Below, one piece after another: positions 38,664 through 47,835 of a DNA stretch of 64,000 bases. The stretch is from Granulicella sp. (lineage in GTDB: Bacteria; Acidobacteriota; Terriglobia; Terriglobales; Acidobacteriaceae), in assembly GCA_027339965.1 (NCBI GenBank), contig DAHWNL010000053.1:1-64000 (forward strand). Direction: 5' to 3'. The notes under the pieces were generated by a model. That model did no database searches and was not told where the DNA came from. It worked only from the letters and a program-made list of their open reading frames with translations. A program made the translations under genes and the position numbers. The stretch's first letter is position 1. Each line of letters begins with the position of its first letter.

Positions 38664-40430
38664 ATGAGTGGTTTGAGATTACTTTTGAAGGTATCGAAGG
38701 CCGCTCTGCCCTGCGTCTTTGGCATCCAGAGAACTTTTCCACTCTCTGCCCACGGTTCGGCTTTCCCAGCGGAAAAAGAGGGTCCACGCCGCTGCTCCGC
38801 GCTCTGGCTTGCTACGTTGCTGCTCACGAGCCTGCTCTCTTCAGCCTGCGCAGCCCAAAGACAGCCCGGTCTGGCTCCGCTTCCGCCCATGGGTTGGAAT
38901 GACTGGGCCCACTACCAGTGCGGTTTTACCGAGCAAACCATTCTAGATAACGCCCGGGCGCTGGTGCGCACCGGCCTGGCGGCTCGGGGTTATCGCACGG
39001 TCACCATCGACGACTGCTGGATGTTGAAGTCGCGCGACAGCCGCGGCAATCTTCAGCCTGATCCGCGGCGCTTCCCTCACGGCATGAAGCCTGTGGCCAA
39101 GGCGGTTCATGCGCTTGGACTGAAGTTCGGGATCTATGAGGATGCGGGCTCCCAGACCTGCGGCGGCTTTGCCGGCAGCGGCGTCCCGCAAGGTGGAGGA
39201 CAAGATCACTTCCTGCAGGATGCCAGGCTGTTCGCCTCCTGGGGTGTTGATTATCTCAAGCTCGATGGCTGCAACGTCTATGCCGCCCCGGGGGACAGTC
39301 AGGATACCGCCTACCGCGCTGCGTATCGCGCCCAGAGCGCGGCTCTGTTTGAGACGGAGCGGCCCGTGATCTTCTCCGAATCCGCTCCCGCATACTTTCA
39401 GGGAACGGCGGATTGGTATGACGTCTTAAGCTGGGTGCGATCCTACGGCCAGTTGTGGCGCGAGGGTTCCGATATTGCCACCTTCGACGCCAAGGCTCCG
39501 GATGCGCCGCGCTTCCATAGCGTGCTCTGGAACTATGCCTACAACCTGCCGCTGGGCCGTTTCCAGTCCCCCGGCAACTGGAACGATGCGGACTTCATCA
39601 TCGGCGGCGATGGCGGCATGACGCTGGCGGAGACTCGCAGCCAGTTGGCGCTCTGGTCCATGATGTCGGCGCCGCTCATCCTGAGCTCCGATCTGAGCAG
39701 GTTGAGCCCCGCAGCCATCTCTGTTCTGGGCAACCGCGCGGTGTTGAGCGTCGATCAGGATCCGCTGGGACGGACGGCGACGCTGCTGCGCCGTACGCCG
39801 TCTTCCGATCTTCTGCTGAAAGAGCTTGCGGCAGGCCGCTACGCTGTAGCTGTGCTCAACCGCACAGACCATCCGCTGCGTGTCGAACTCCATGCCGCCG
39901 ATCTGGGCTTCGCGCAGACGGGCTGCCGATTCTCCTCGGTTGACCTTTGGAGCGGCGCACCGCAGAAAGGCGCATTCACCTTGCAGGCCAATGTTGCAGC
40001 GCACGATACGGCCATCTGGAAGATACGCCCAGTCTTGGCCTGTGGCGCGCCTGCCCGCATGGGCGTGGTGACACGGCTGGCCTCCGGAGGCCACCGTGAT
40101 CCGGAGAGCTATGTGTTCTGCCTGGCGGCGTCCGGAAAGGTGGAAGCCTGCTCCGATTCCCCGGCGCAGCGCTGGACGGTGACCCCTGCCGGTTCCCTTG
40201 AATCCTTGGGAGGGTGCCTGACGGCGGCGAACGGCAAGCTGCTCATGCAGCCCTGCGTCTCCTCCGACGCGCAGCGCTGGAAGTATACCTTGACGGGTAA
40301 TCTGATCAATCGCGGCGATCGCCTGTGCCTTACAGGCCGCTCGGCCCAGGGGCTGACGCTGGAGATGTGCGGTCACCATCTGCTTGAGAGCCAGATCTGG
40401 TCTTTGCCCAACGATCCCTCCCATCGCTGA
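38664..40430 (+). CDS. GH27 alpha-galactosidase-like enzyme with C-terminal ricin-B lectin
   Basis: PPMGWNDW, IDDCW, GLKFGIY, WGVDYLKLDGC, WNDADF; QRW/QIW ricin repeats. Start uncertain. Confidence 0.9.
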   Translation: MSGLRLLLKVSKAALPCVFGIQRTFPLSAHGSAFPAEKEGPRRCSALWLATLLLTSLLSSACAAQRQPGLAPLPPMGWNDWAHYQCGFTEQTILDNARALVRTGLAARGYRTVTIDDCWMLKSRDSRGNLQPDPRRFPHGMKPVAKAVHALGLKFGIYEDAGSQTCGGFAGSGVPQGGGQDHFLQDARLFASWGVDYLKLDGCNVYAAPGDSQDTAYRAAYRAQSAALFETERPVIFSESAPAYFQGTADWYDVLSWVRSYGQLWREGSDIATFDAKAPDAPRFHSVLWNYAYNLPLGRFQSPGNWNDADFIIGGDGGMTLAETRSQLALWSMMSAPLILSSDLSRLSPAAISVLGNRAVLSVDQDPLGRTATLLRRTPSSDLLLKELAAGRYAVAVLNRTDHPLRVELHAADLGFAQTGCRFSSVDLWSGAPQKGAFTLQANVAAHDTAIWKIRPVLACGAPARMGVVTRLASGGHRDPESYVFCLAASGKVEACSDSPAQRWTVTPAGSLESLGGCLTAANGKLLMQPCVSSDAQRWKYTLTGNLINRGDRLCLTGRSAQGLTLEMCGHHLLESQIWSLPNDPSHR

Positions 40431-40873
40431 AAGCCGGGCGCAGGAAGGATGGAAGTCTGGGGAGACGCTTGCACGGAAACGCTCTATACCGACGTCCATC
40501 CCCGTACATGGAACTTCGGGAGCGCAGCCGCAGGCTGGCCACGACCGGCAGGACCGCAGAAGGCAGGACAGCAGAGGGATGAAGTGCCACTATAGTTCTT
40601 GTGCAGGTGCATTCCGTGGCCTCGACCTTCATGGGCGTTTTCCTCAAGGAGAATGCCGCTGCAAACCCGCTTCGGAGGATTCATCAACACGGAAAAAGCT
40701 ATGGCAGGGCTGCTCGCTCGATTGCGGAACGATCCAGATCTCCAGGAAGTGGGCCTCTCTCGCCTGGATCGGCTCAGGCTGGATCGGCTCAGGAAAGATC
40801 AGCGTGGGGAACGGACCCGTCTTGAAGGTGCGCGGCCCGCGGACTTCAGCCAGAGAATGTCCGCGGCAGGCCG

Positions 40874-41236
40874 TTATCGCCTCCAGAGGGTAATGATCAA
40901 GCCTCCGGTCACGATGAGGCTGCCTCCCACCAGAACGGGCAGGCTGGGTGACTGACCGAAGCGCAGTTTGGCCACCACCTGCGCCAGGACGAAGAACAAC
41001 GCCACATAAGCTCCCAGCAGCTCGCCGAAGTTCCAGGGTGGAAGGTTGACGAACAGCCCATAGAGCCCCAGCACCAACGCACCCGCCGCGAACCAGCCTG
41101 CCCGGTGCGCGCCGGAGGAGCGGTAGAGTCCGGACTGGAAGAAGGAGTCTCCCAGCACCTCCAGCGCCGCGGCCAACAGCAGCACCACCAGGCTACCCCA
41201 CGGCGACGCCACCATCCCCTTCAACAGATGCTTCAC
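40874..41236 (-). CDS. Small 4-TM SMR/DMT-like membrane protein
   Basis: LLLAAALEVLGD (TM1 Glu), FGELLGAYVALFF, four hydrophobic helices. Confidence 0.7.
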   Translation of the reverse strand: MKHLLKGMVASPWGSLVVLLLAAALEVLGDSFFQSGLYRSSGAHRAGWFAAGALVLGLYGLFVNLPPWNFGELLGAYVALFFVLAQVVAKLRFGQSPSLPVLVGGSLIVTGGLIITLWRR

Positions 41237-41437
41237 AGTCTGCTCCTCCCTCGCGGAGTCCCCGGCAAGGACCGCTTGCGTGCCGTCTGATCGGCTGCAC
41301 CCACTGGCTTGGTATCTTTGGATTCTACAAGGATTGGCTGAAGCTGGAGACGCCGATGCCGGAAAATGGACACAGGAGGGTAAACTGAAACATCTGCTCC
41401 GCCAATCTTTCCTACCCACGGATAGGGGAACTCGTCC

Positions 41438-41617
41438 TTGAGCTTGTTTGGCTATCTCCTGATGCTTTCCGGCTGGCTGCTGACGCTGGCCTCTCTGTTC
41501 CTGCTGGCAGGGGTGGGCCAGCGCCTGCTCTTTGTTGCTGCCGGCCTGGCGGTGGAGCTGCTTGGCCTGGGCCTGCTTACTTATCGTTACCGCGCGCTGC
41601 AAAGGGAGGCGCGATGA
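41438..41617 (+). CDS. 59-aa two-TM membrane protein coupled to the Amt-like gene (below ORF-track cutoff)
   Basis: TTG start, MSLFGYLLMLSGWLLTLASLFLLAGVGQRLLFVAAGLAVELLGLGLLTYRYRALQREAR*; stop overlaps the next ATG (ATGA). Confidence 0.65.
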   Translation: MSLFGYLLMLSGWLLTLASLFLLAGVGQRLLFVAAGLAVELLGLGLLTYRYRALQREAR

Positions 41618-42891
41618 GCGTGAATCTTTGCCTGATGAGCCTGCTTCTGATTCCCTTTGCGGCCGCGGGCCTGGCGCTGATCCAGCAGGGCCTGGGGCGC
41701 AGCCGCAGCGCCGCCCATTCCATGCTCTGCTCGCTGTGCGCGTCGGCCACCGCGGCGATCGTCTTTGTGTTGGTTGGATCGGCATGGATGGGCTTTGCGG
41801 GAGGCGCGGCGCACCGGCTGCATCTGGCGGGCAGGACGATCGACTGGCTGGGCGCGGAGCCCTTCTTCGCCGCCGGCATCGGCTCCAGCCTGCTGGCCGG
41901 CCCCTACCGTGCGCTGGTGCTGGCCTACGGGATCTTCGCCGCCGGCCTGGCCGCCCTGATTCCCATCAACTCCGGCAGCGACCGCTGGCGGCTGTCTGCG
42001 GTGGCAGCGGCCAGCGCGCTGCTGGCGGCCGGCATCTTCCCGCTGTTTGGGCACTGGGTGTGGGGCGGCGGATGGCTGGCGCAGCTGGTGCCGCTGTTTG
42101 GCCTCCCTGGCTTTTCGGATCTGGGCGGCGCCGCCGGGATTCAGGTTCTGGGCGGCCTGGGTGCACTTTCGGTGGCCTGGATCGTAGGCCCGCGCCAGGG
42201 CAAGTACAGCGAAGGAGTGGCCGCGGCTATCCCCGGACACAACATCGTCCAGGTGCTGTTCGGCTGCATGCTGGCGCTCATCGGCTGGATCGGGTTGGAG
42301 TCCGCCACCTCGCTGCTGTTCTACGGCGCGGGGGTTGGCCAGATCGCCCTCACTCTGGTCAATGCCATGCTGGCCGCATCCTCCGGCTGCCTGGCCGCGA
42401 TGCTGACCACCCGCCTGCGCTACCGCAAGCCCGATGCCTCCCTAAGCGCCAACGGCTGGATCGCGGGACTGGTAGCGGGCTCGGCCGGTTGCGCCCGACT
42501 CACCTGCGCCGAAACCATCCTGATCGCGCTGGTCGCCGGGACTCTGGTGACCTTCCTGGTGGAGACCCTGGAGCTGCGCCTGCTGATCGACGATCCGGGC
42601 GGCGCGATCTCCGTGCATCTGGGGGCTGGTCTGTGGGGCATGCTGGCCTGCAGCCTCTTCGCTTCCGGCCGCGCCGGCTGGGTAGCGTTGCTCCTGGCGC
42701 AACTGATCGGAGCGGCGACGTTGCTGGGCGCAATCTTTCCGCTGATCCACATCTCCCACCGCCTGCTCAACCGCCTGATTCCCTTCCGAGTGGATGCGGA
42801 CGGCGACTGGCAGGGCATGGACATTCGCGAGCTGGGCGCGGGAGCTTACCCGGAGTTTGTCTTGCACGCCGACGAGTTTACGCCGCGGTAG
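41614..42891 (+). CDS. Ammonium transporter (Amt/Mep/Rh) family protein, non-canonical
   Basis: HWVWGGGWL, DLGG, VGPR.GKY, PGHN, NG.IAGLV, DDPGGAISVH, FRV...GMD..E.G..AY. Confidence 0.88.
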   Translation: MSVNLCLMSLLLIPFAAAGLALIQQGLGRSRSAAHSMLCSLCASATAAIVFVLVGSAWMGFAGGAAHRLHLAGRTIDWLGAEPFFAAGIGSSLLAGPYRALVLAYGIFAAGLAALIPINSGSDRWRLSAVAAASALLAAGIFPLFGHWVWGGGWLAQLVPLFGLPGFSDLGGAAGIQVLGGLGALSVAWIVGPRQGKYSEGVAAAIPGHNIVQVLFGCMLALIGWIGLESATSLLFYGAGVGQIALTLVNAMLAASSGCLAAMLTTRLRYRKPDASLSANGWIAGLVAGSAGCARLTCAETILIALVAGTLVTFLVETLELRLLIDDPGGAISVHLGAGLWGMLACSLFASGRAGWVALLLAQLIGAATLLGAIFPLIHISHRLLNRLIPFRVDADGDWQGMDIRELGAGAYPEFVLHADEFTPR

Positions 42892-42901
42892 AGGCTACAG
42901 A

Positions 42902-42930
42902 CCCACATCTCGAAAAGCCCGAGATGTGGG
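42902..42930. repeat. REP-like palindrome / bidirectional terminator between convergent genes
   Basis: Perfect 11-bp arms CCCACATCTCG / CGAGATGTGGG. Confidence 0.6.
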
Positions 42931-42993
42931 GACCCCGATCTTACCGAGCAACGTCCTTGCCTATTCCAGCCACAAACGGACCGACGGCAGACG

Positions 42994-43974
42994 CTAGGGA
43001 TGCCGCGATACCAGCAGTAACAGGGCAAAGAGGAGCAGCGGAATCAGCGCCAGTCCGGCGTAGACCAGCAGGCGGCGGCGCTGCGGAGACCGGCGCTTCT
43101 GCCACTGCTCGGCATCCGGGCGGGCAGCCACGCCGACCTGGTCCTGATGCAAGAGGTCATGGGCCATCTCGCGGGCGCTGGCATAGCGGTTTTTGGGCTC
43201 ACGCTCCAGGGCGCGGTAGACGATCTCCTGCAGTTGCGGCGAGATGGAGGCATCGCGCTCGCGGGGCGGAACGGGTTGATTCAACAGCCGGTCATTCATC
43301 ACAGTCAGGGGATTGGGGCCGGTGAAGGGCGTCGCGCCGGTGAGCATCTCATACAGCATCACGCCCAGGGCATAGACATCGCTGCGCGCGTCTCCGCGCT
43401 TGCCGCGCACCTGCTCGGGTGAGATGTAGTCCGGCGTTCCCAGACTCTGGGAGAAGTGCGCGAAGGTGAGCCGCCGCGCCCCTTGGCTGCCGGCGATACC
43501 GAAGTCGATCAGGTGAATGGCGTCGCTCGAGTCCACCATGATGTTCTCGGGTTTGAGATCGCGATGCACCACGCCATTGGCGTGGACGTGTTCCAGAGCC
43601 TGGCAGATCCCCACGGTGAGCTTGACGGCGCGCTCCACGGGCAACTTCCGCTCCTCATTCAGGATCTGGCGCAACAGCCGGCCCTCCAGCCACTCCATCA
43701 CCATGTACACCTGGGATCTGTCCGGATTGGGGAAGACCTTCATCACCCCGGGGTGATCCAGGCGCATGCCGATCTCCTCCTCCCGGCGGAAGCGATCGAA
43801 GAGGGCCGGGTCGCTCTCCACCTCGGCATGGGGCACCTTGATGGCCACCTGTTGGCCGTTACGGGAATCGCTGGCCCGGAAGACGGTGGCCATGCCGCTG
43901 GTGGCGACGATCTCCTCGAGTTGATAGACGTCGAGCCGGTCCCCTGGATGCAGGGTAAGGTTGGGAGCAAACAT
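42994..43974 (-). CDS. Hanks-type Ser/Thr protein kinase with C-terminal TM anchor
   Basis: VAIK, HRDLKPEN, DFG, GTPDYISPE, SDVYALG. Confidence 0.96.
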   Translation of the reverse strand: MFAPNLTLHPGDRLDVYQLEEIVATSGMATVFRASDSRNGQQVAIKVPHAEVESDPALFDRFRREEEIGMRLDHPGVMKVFPNPDRSQVYMVMEWLEGRLLRQILNEERKLPVERAVKLTVGICQALEHVHANGVVHRDLKPENIMVDSSDAIHLIDFGIAGSQGARRLTFAHFSQSLGTPDYISPEQVRGKRGDARSDVYALGVMLYEMLTGATPFTGPNPLTVMNDRLLNQPVPPRERDASISPQLQEIVYRALEREPKNRYASAREMAHDLLHQDQVGVAARPDAEQWQKRRSPQRRRLLVYAGLALIPLLLFALLLLVSRHP

Positions 43975-44778
43975 TTAGAGCAACCTGTAGGGACGGCCGC
44001 GGTAGAGTCCCATCCTCTCTACGGACTTGATGCGGATCAACTGCACACTGATGTTGTCGGGCCCGCCGGCCTCATTGGCCGCCTGGATCAGGGCCTGGGC
44101 CGCCGCCTCCAGGCGGCTGTGTTGCAGGATGGTCTCCAAAATGGACTTGTCCGGCACGGAGCCATGCAAACCGTCGGTGCATAGCAGAAGAATGTCTCCC
44201 GGCAGAACATTCACGGTCATGGTGTCGGCGGCGACAAATAACTCACTGCCCAGAGAGCGGGTGAGCAGATGCCGACCGTCGTTGCTGGCGGCCTCCTCCT
44301 TGGAGAGAATTCCCAACCGCACCTGCTCCTCGGCCATCGTGTGGTCGCGGGTCAACTGGGTTCCATTGCCGTTGCGAAACAGATAGCAGCGAGAGTCGCC
44401 CACGTGGGAGACCACGGCTGAGTCAAAGCGCAGCGCACAGGCGACAAAGGTGGTGCCCATCCCTTGGCCCGCGGCGTCCCGGGCAGCGCTTCCGGCGTCA
44501 TAGACGGCCGCATTGGCCTCCTGCACCAGGCGCGGCAGAAGCGAGACGTGCATCACGCCCCGGGGCATCTTGCGAAAACCTTCCAGCGCGGTCTGGACAG
44601 CCAGGCGCGAGGCCACCTCGCCGTACTCATGGCCGCCCATGCCGTCAGCGATGGCGAAGAACCAGCCCTGGGAGTGGACCTGGGCCGGACCCATCGGCAG
44701 AACGTGGCCCAGGGAGTCTTCGTTGTTGCTCCGAACTCTTCCCTGATCAGATAACTCGGCGAACTCAAGATCAAGCAT
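43975..44778 (-). CDS. PP2C-family Ser/Thr phosphatase
   Basis: GRVRSNNED, ADGMGG, GMGTT, HVGDSR, LCTDGL, GGPDNIS. Confidence 0.96.
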   Translation of the reverse strand: MLDLEFAELSDQGRVRSNNEDSLGHVLPMGPAQVHSQGWFFAIADGMGGHEYGEVASRLAVQTALEGFRKMPRGVMHVSLLPRLVQEANAAVYDAGSAARDAAGQGMGTTFVACALRFDSAVVSHVGDSRCYLFRNGNGTQLTRDHTMAEEQVRLGILSKEEAASNDGRHLLTRSLGSELFVAADTMTVNVLPGDILLLCTDGLHGSVPDKSILETILQHSRLEAAAQALIQAANEAGGPDNISVQLIRIKSVERMGLYRGRPYRLL

Positions 44779-45128
44779 GGGGACCGACCTGCGCTTTGAA
44801 ATCTAGAAAACCTGTTGTCCACAACTCATCTGCAAAACTTGCCGCCCAAAACGATTGCCTAAAACCTGCTGCTCAAAAACTGCCCCCGGGCTCCCGCGAC
44901 CACTCACCGCTCGCCCAACCGGGATTCGATCCCCCCGGAAGCATGGCATTGCCGCCCTTCCTTCCGCTTGCTCTATGCGCTCTGGCCTGGCCATGTCTTC
45001 GCGGTCGGACGATCAAGCTCTTGCCGCGCATTCGCATTCGGACAGCCGGATGGAGAGAAGCAGTCAGGATGGAGCTGGGGGAAGGCTGGCGCATTGCACT
45101 CAGTCTACGCTGAAAGCGCCGAGCTGGG

Positions 45129-45460
45129 GTGGACGCCGCCGGGCAGAACGACGGGAATATCTCGGGGGTGGTCAATGGGATGGACTCGACCGGCGGGCGG
45201 AATCAGAGCTACAGTTATGATGCTTTGAACCGGGTAGTGCAAGGGGGTGATGCGGCGCACTGGGGCGAGAGCTACACGTACGACAACTGGGGTAATCTGC
45301 CAGCCAAGACGGTGACGCTGGGTTCCGGGCGCCAGTTCTCGGTGACGGCGTATGCGAACAACCAGCTCTTGAACCTGAGCTACCATGCAGCACGAGATGT
45401 GGTGACGGACCAGTTGGGCGATCAGTTCACCTACGATGGGGAGGGGTGGATGCTGACTGG
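45129..45460 (+). pseudogene. Internal Rhs/YD-repeat fragment
   Basis: GNISGV...NQSYSYDALNRV...SYTYDNWGNL...NNQL...FTYDGEG. Confidence 0.75.
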
Positions 45461-45757
45461 CTCTGGCCACGCGGTATCAGCAAAGAGAGCTTGCATGTGA
45501 ATGCCTGGCTCAAAGAAGTTGCTCCCAGCGCCGCTCTGCGACAGTGGTTTCAGCATGACCCAGCGAAATGGGATGAGATTCGCAAGAGGTACTTCCGTGA
45601 GTTGGAACAGCATCCTCAGGCTTGGGAATCACTCCTCGAACGGGCGCGGAGCAGCCGGGTGACTCTTGTCTTCAGCGCACGAGATACAGAGCACAACAAT
45701 GCGGTGGCGCTCAAAGAGTTTCTCGATAGGAGATGCAAGGTGAAGAGCAAAAGCTGA
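45461..45757 (+). pseudogene. 5'-truncated DUF488-family gene
   Basis: LWPRGISKE...WLKEVAPS..LRQWF.HDP.KW...Y..EL...VTLVFSARD.EHNNAVALK; the usual N-terminal ~20 aa are missing. Confidence 0.8.
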
Positions 45758-45916
45758 TCGCTCAGGAGGATTCTGCAGGAATATCGGTTCGGCTCAACTT
45801 GGGGTTGGAGAACAGAACGGGTCTGTGCTGAAGGCTCAAAGCGATGGAGTTGCCGGCGCTACGTTCCTCACCGAGCTTGTTGCTGAACCTGGCATGGCAT
45901 CTTTGCCCGTCCGTTC

Positions 45917-46345
45917 TCATTCAGGCGGCCTTTGCGTGGCCGGAGGACCCGGTGTGCCCCATCTTATGATCCACTCGTCCAACAGCGCGGCCAAACCAAT
46001 CGCCAGCCAGTACGCTGCAATATTCTTGAGCGAAAAATATCTCCCCAGCAAGATGCGGCCGGCCAGTGTGTTGCGGAAGGCGTCAGTTGCCACTGTATGC
46101 CAGAGCCGGCTGAACTCCAGGATTGCCGCCCCTGCTGCCGCTGCGGCTCCCACGGCCGTGATGCTTCGTTGCGGCATCCACACGGCGACGAACCAGTACA
46201 AGGCCATCGCCCACAGCGCGGAACCTCCGTATTTGTAGACGAAAGCGGAGAGCCTCAGCGGGGCCATGCGTACCGCAAGTCCCAGCGGAATGGTTAACAG
46301 CAGGATCAGCCCATAAGCGCTTCGGCGGCTCGGCAGTTTCATCAT
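45917..46345 (-). CDS. DUF2809-like membrane protein
   Basis: YGGSALWA, LEFSRLWH...DAFRNTLAGRILLG..FS..I.AY. Confidence 0.75.
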   Translation of the reverse strand: MMKLPSRRSAYGLILLLTIPLGLAVRMAPLRLSAFVYKYGGSALWAMALYWFVAVWMPQRSITAVGAAAAAGAAILEFSRLWHTVATDAFRNTLAGRILLGRYFSLKNIAAYWLAIGLAALLDEWIIRWGTPGPPATQRPPE

Positions 46346-46493
46346 CGGCGCTCTTTCCTTTCAGAGGCGATCGCTCCAATCGGTTGCAGGCCACGGCGGC
46401 GCGCCTGGCGGACCCACTCCCGCCTTCGCTGCTTTGGTCACTTCATCTTTCAGGGGCTAAACTGAATCAATAAGGCCATCCACAGGAGGATGA

Positions 46494-47543
46494 TTGCACA
46501 TGAGATCGTTTGGCTACGCCGCGCAGAGCAAAACCTCGCCTCTTGCTCCCTTTCATTTTGACCGCCGTGAGCCGGGGCCCGATGACGTGGTGGTAGCCAT
46601 CGACTACTGTGGCATCTGCCACTCGGACATCCACCAGGTCCGCAACGAGTGGGGTGAGTCGATGTATCCCATGGTTCCAGGCCATGAGATTGTCGGCCGG
46701 GTTTCCGCGGTCGGATCCCGGGTTACACGTTTCAAGCCGGGCGATCTGGCCGGCGTCGGCGTTACCGTGCAGACTTGCATGGTCTGCGAAAACTGCAAAG
46801 CCGGCGCTGAACCCTACTGCACCAAAGGAATGGTGGGGACGTACAACGCCAAGACCTATGCCGGCGAGGTGACCTACGGGGGCTACTCAGACTTTATTGC
46901 TGCGCCCCAACACTACGTGTACACTCTCTCGCCGAAGCTGGATCTGGCCGCTATGGCTCCGCTGCTCTGCGCCGGCATCACGACCTACTCTCCTTTGCGC
47001 CACTGGAAGGTGGGTCCCAACAAGAAGGTTGGAGTGGTTGGGCTGGGAGGCCTGGGCCACATGGGGCTCAAGTTCGCCCACGCCATGGGCGCTCACGTCG
47101 TACAGTTCACCACCTCGGAGAGCAAGGCAGCCGATGCGCGGCGGCTCGGAGCGGATGAAGTGGTGCTGAGCAAGGACGGCTCGGCGATGGCCCGGCACGC
47201 CGGCAGCTTGGACTTCATCCTGGATTGTGTTTCTGCAACCCATGACCTGAACGCGTACCTGAACCTTCTGCGCCTGGATGGAACGCTCTGTCTCGTAGGT
47301 TTGCCCCAACATCCGCAGGCTGTTGCGCCGTTTTCTCTGGTGGCCAACCGCCATTCTCTCTCCGGGTCAATGATTGGCGGTATGAAAGAGACGCAGGAGA
47401 TGCTGGACTTCTGCGCCGAGAAGCAGATTGTCGCAGACATTGAACTGATCGGTTACGAGCGCCTGGCAGAGGCTTATGAGCGTGTGATCCAAGGAGATGT
47501 AAAGTACCGTTTTGTGCTGGACGGCAAGACCCTGAAGAAATAA
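46494..47543 (+). CDS. Zn-dependent NADP alcohol dehydrogenase (CAD/YahK family)
   Basis: CGICHSD, PGHEIVG, CxxCxxC, PLLCAGITTYSPL, GLGGLGH, GDVKYRFV. Confidence 0.95.
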   Translation: MHMRSFGYAAQSKTSPLAPFHFDRREPGPDDVVVAIDYCGICHSDIHQVRNEWGESMYPMVPGHEIVGRVSAVGSRVTRFKPGDLAGVGVTVQTCMVCENCKAGAEPYCTKGMVGTYNAKTYAGEVTYGGYSDFIAAPQHYVYTLSPKLDLAAMAPLLCAGITTYSPLRHWKVGPNKKVGVVGLGGLGHMGLKFAHAMGAHVVQFTTSESKAADARRLGADEVVLSKDGSAMARHAGSLDFILDCVSATHDLNAYLNLLRLDGTLCLVGLPQHPQAVAPFSLVANRHSLSGSMIGGMKETQEMLDFCAEKQIVADIELIGYERLAEAYERVIQGDVKYRFVLDGKTLKK

Positions 47544-47558
47544 GGACCGCGGTCCGGG

Positions 47559-47819
47559 TTACCTCAGCCAGATGCGCAGCTCCTCTTCCGGTTGGATGTA
47601 CCCCTTCCTCCGGAACCACTCCCGCATGGCGGCGCGCAGTTGTTCCATGGGCACGCGGTTGCCGATCTCCAGCACCCCATCGTCCACCGGCAGGGTGTCG
47701 TCAAAGACGGCGTCGTTGGTGAAGTTGCGCATGGCGAAGTTGTCCAGCCACTGGATGGGGCAAGGCTTCAGGTCGCCTGCCGCACGTCCATGCTCCACCC
47801 GCACGCTGCGCTCGAACAT
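47559..47819 (-). CDS. Hypothetical protein (86 aa)
   Basis: ATG with GAGGG SD just after the lactonase gene; protein-like composition. Confidence 0.65.
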   Translation of the reverse strand: MFERSVRVEHGRAAGDLKPCPIQWLDNFAMRNFTNDAVFDDTLPVDDGVLEIGNRVPMEQLRAAMREWFRRKGYIQPEEELRIWLR

Positions 47820-47835
47820 CTGGCCCTCTTGCGAT

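Noticed and set aside
44919..44940. tRNA T-arm-like CCGGGATTCGATCCCCCCGG
   Set aside because: No acceptor stem, D-arm or anticodon arm on either strand.
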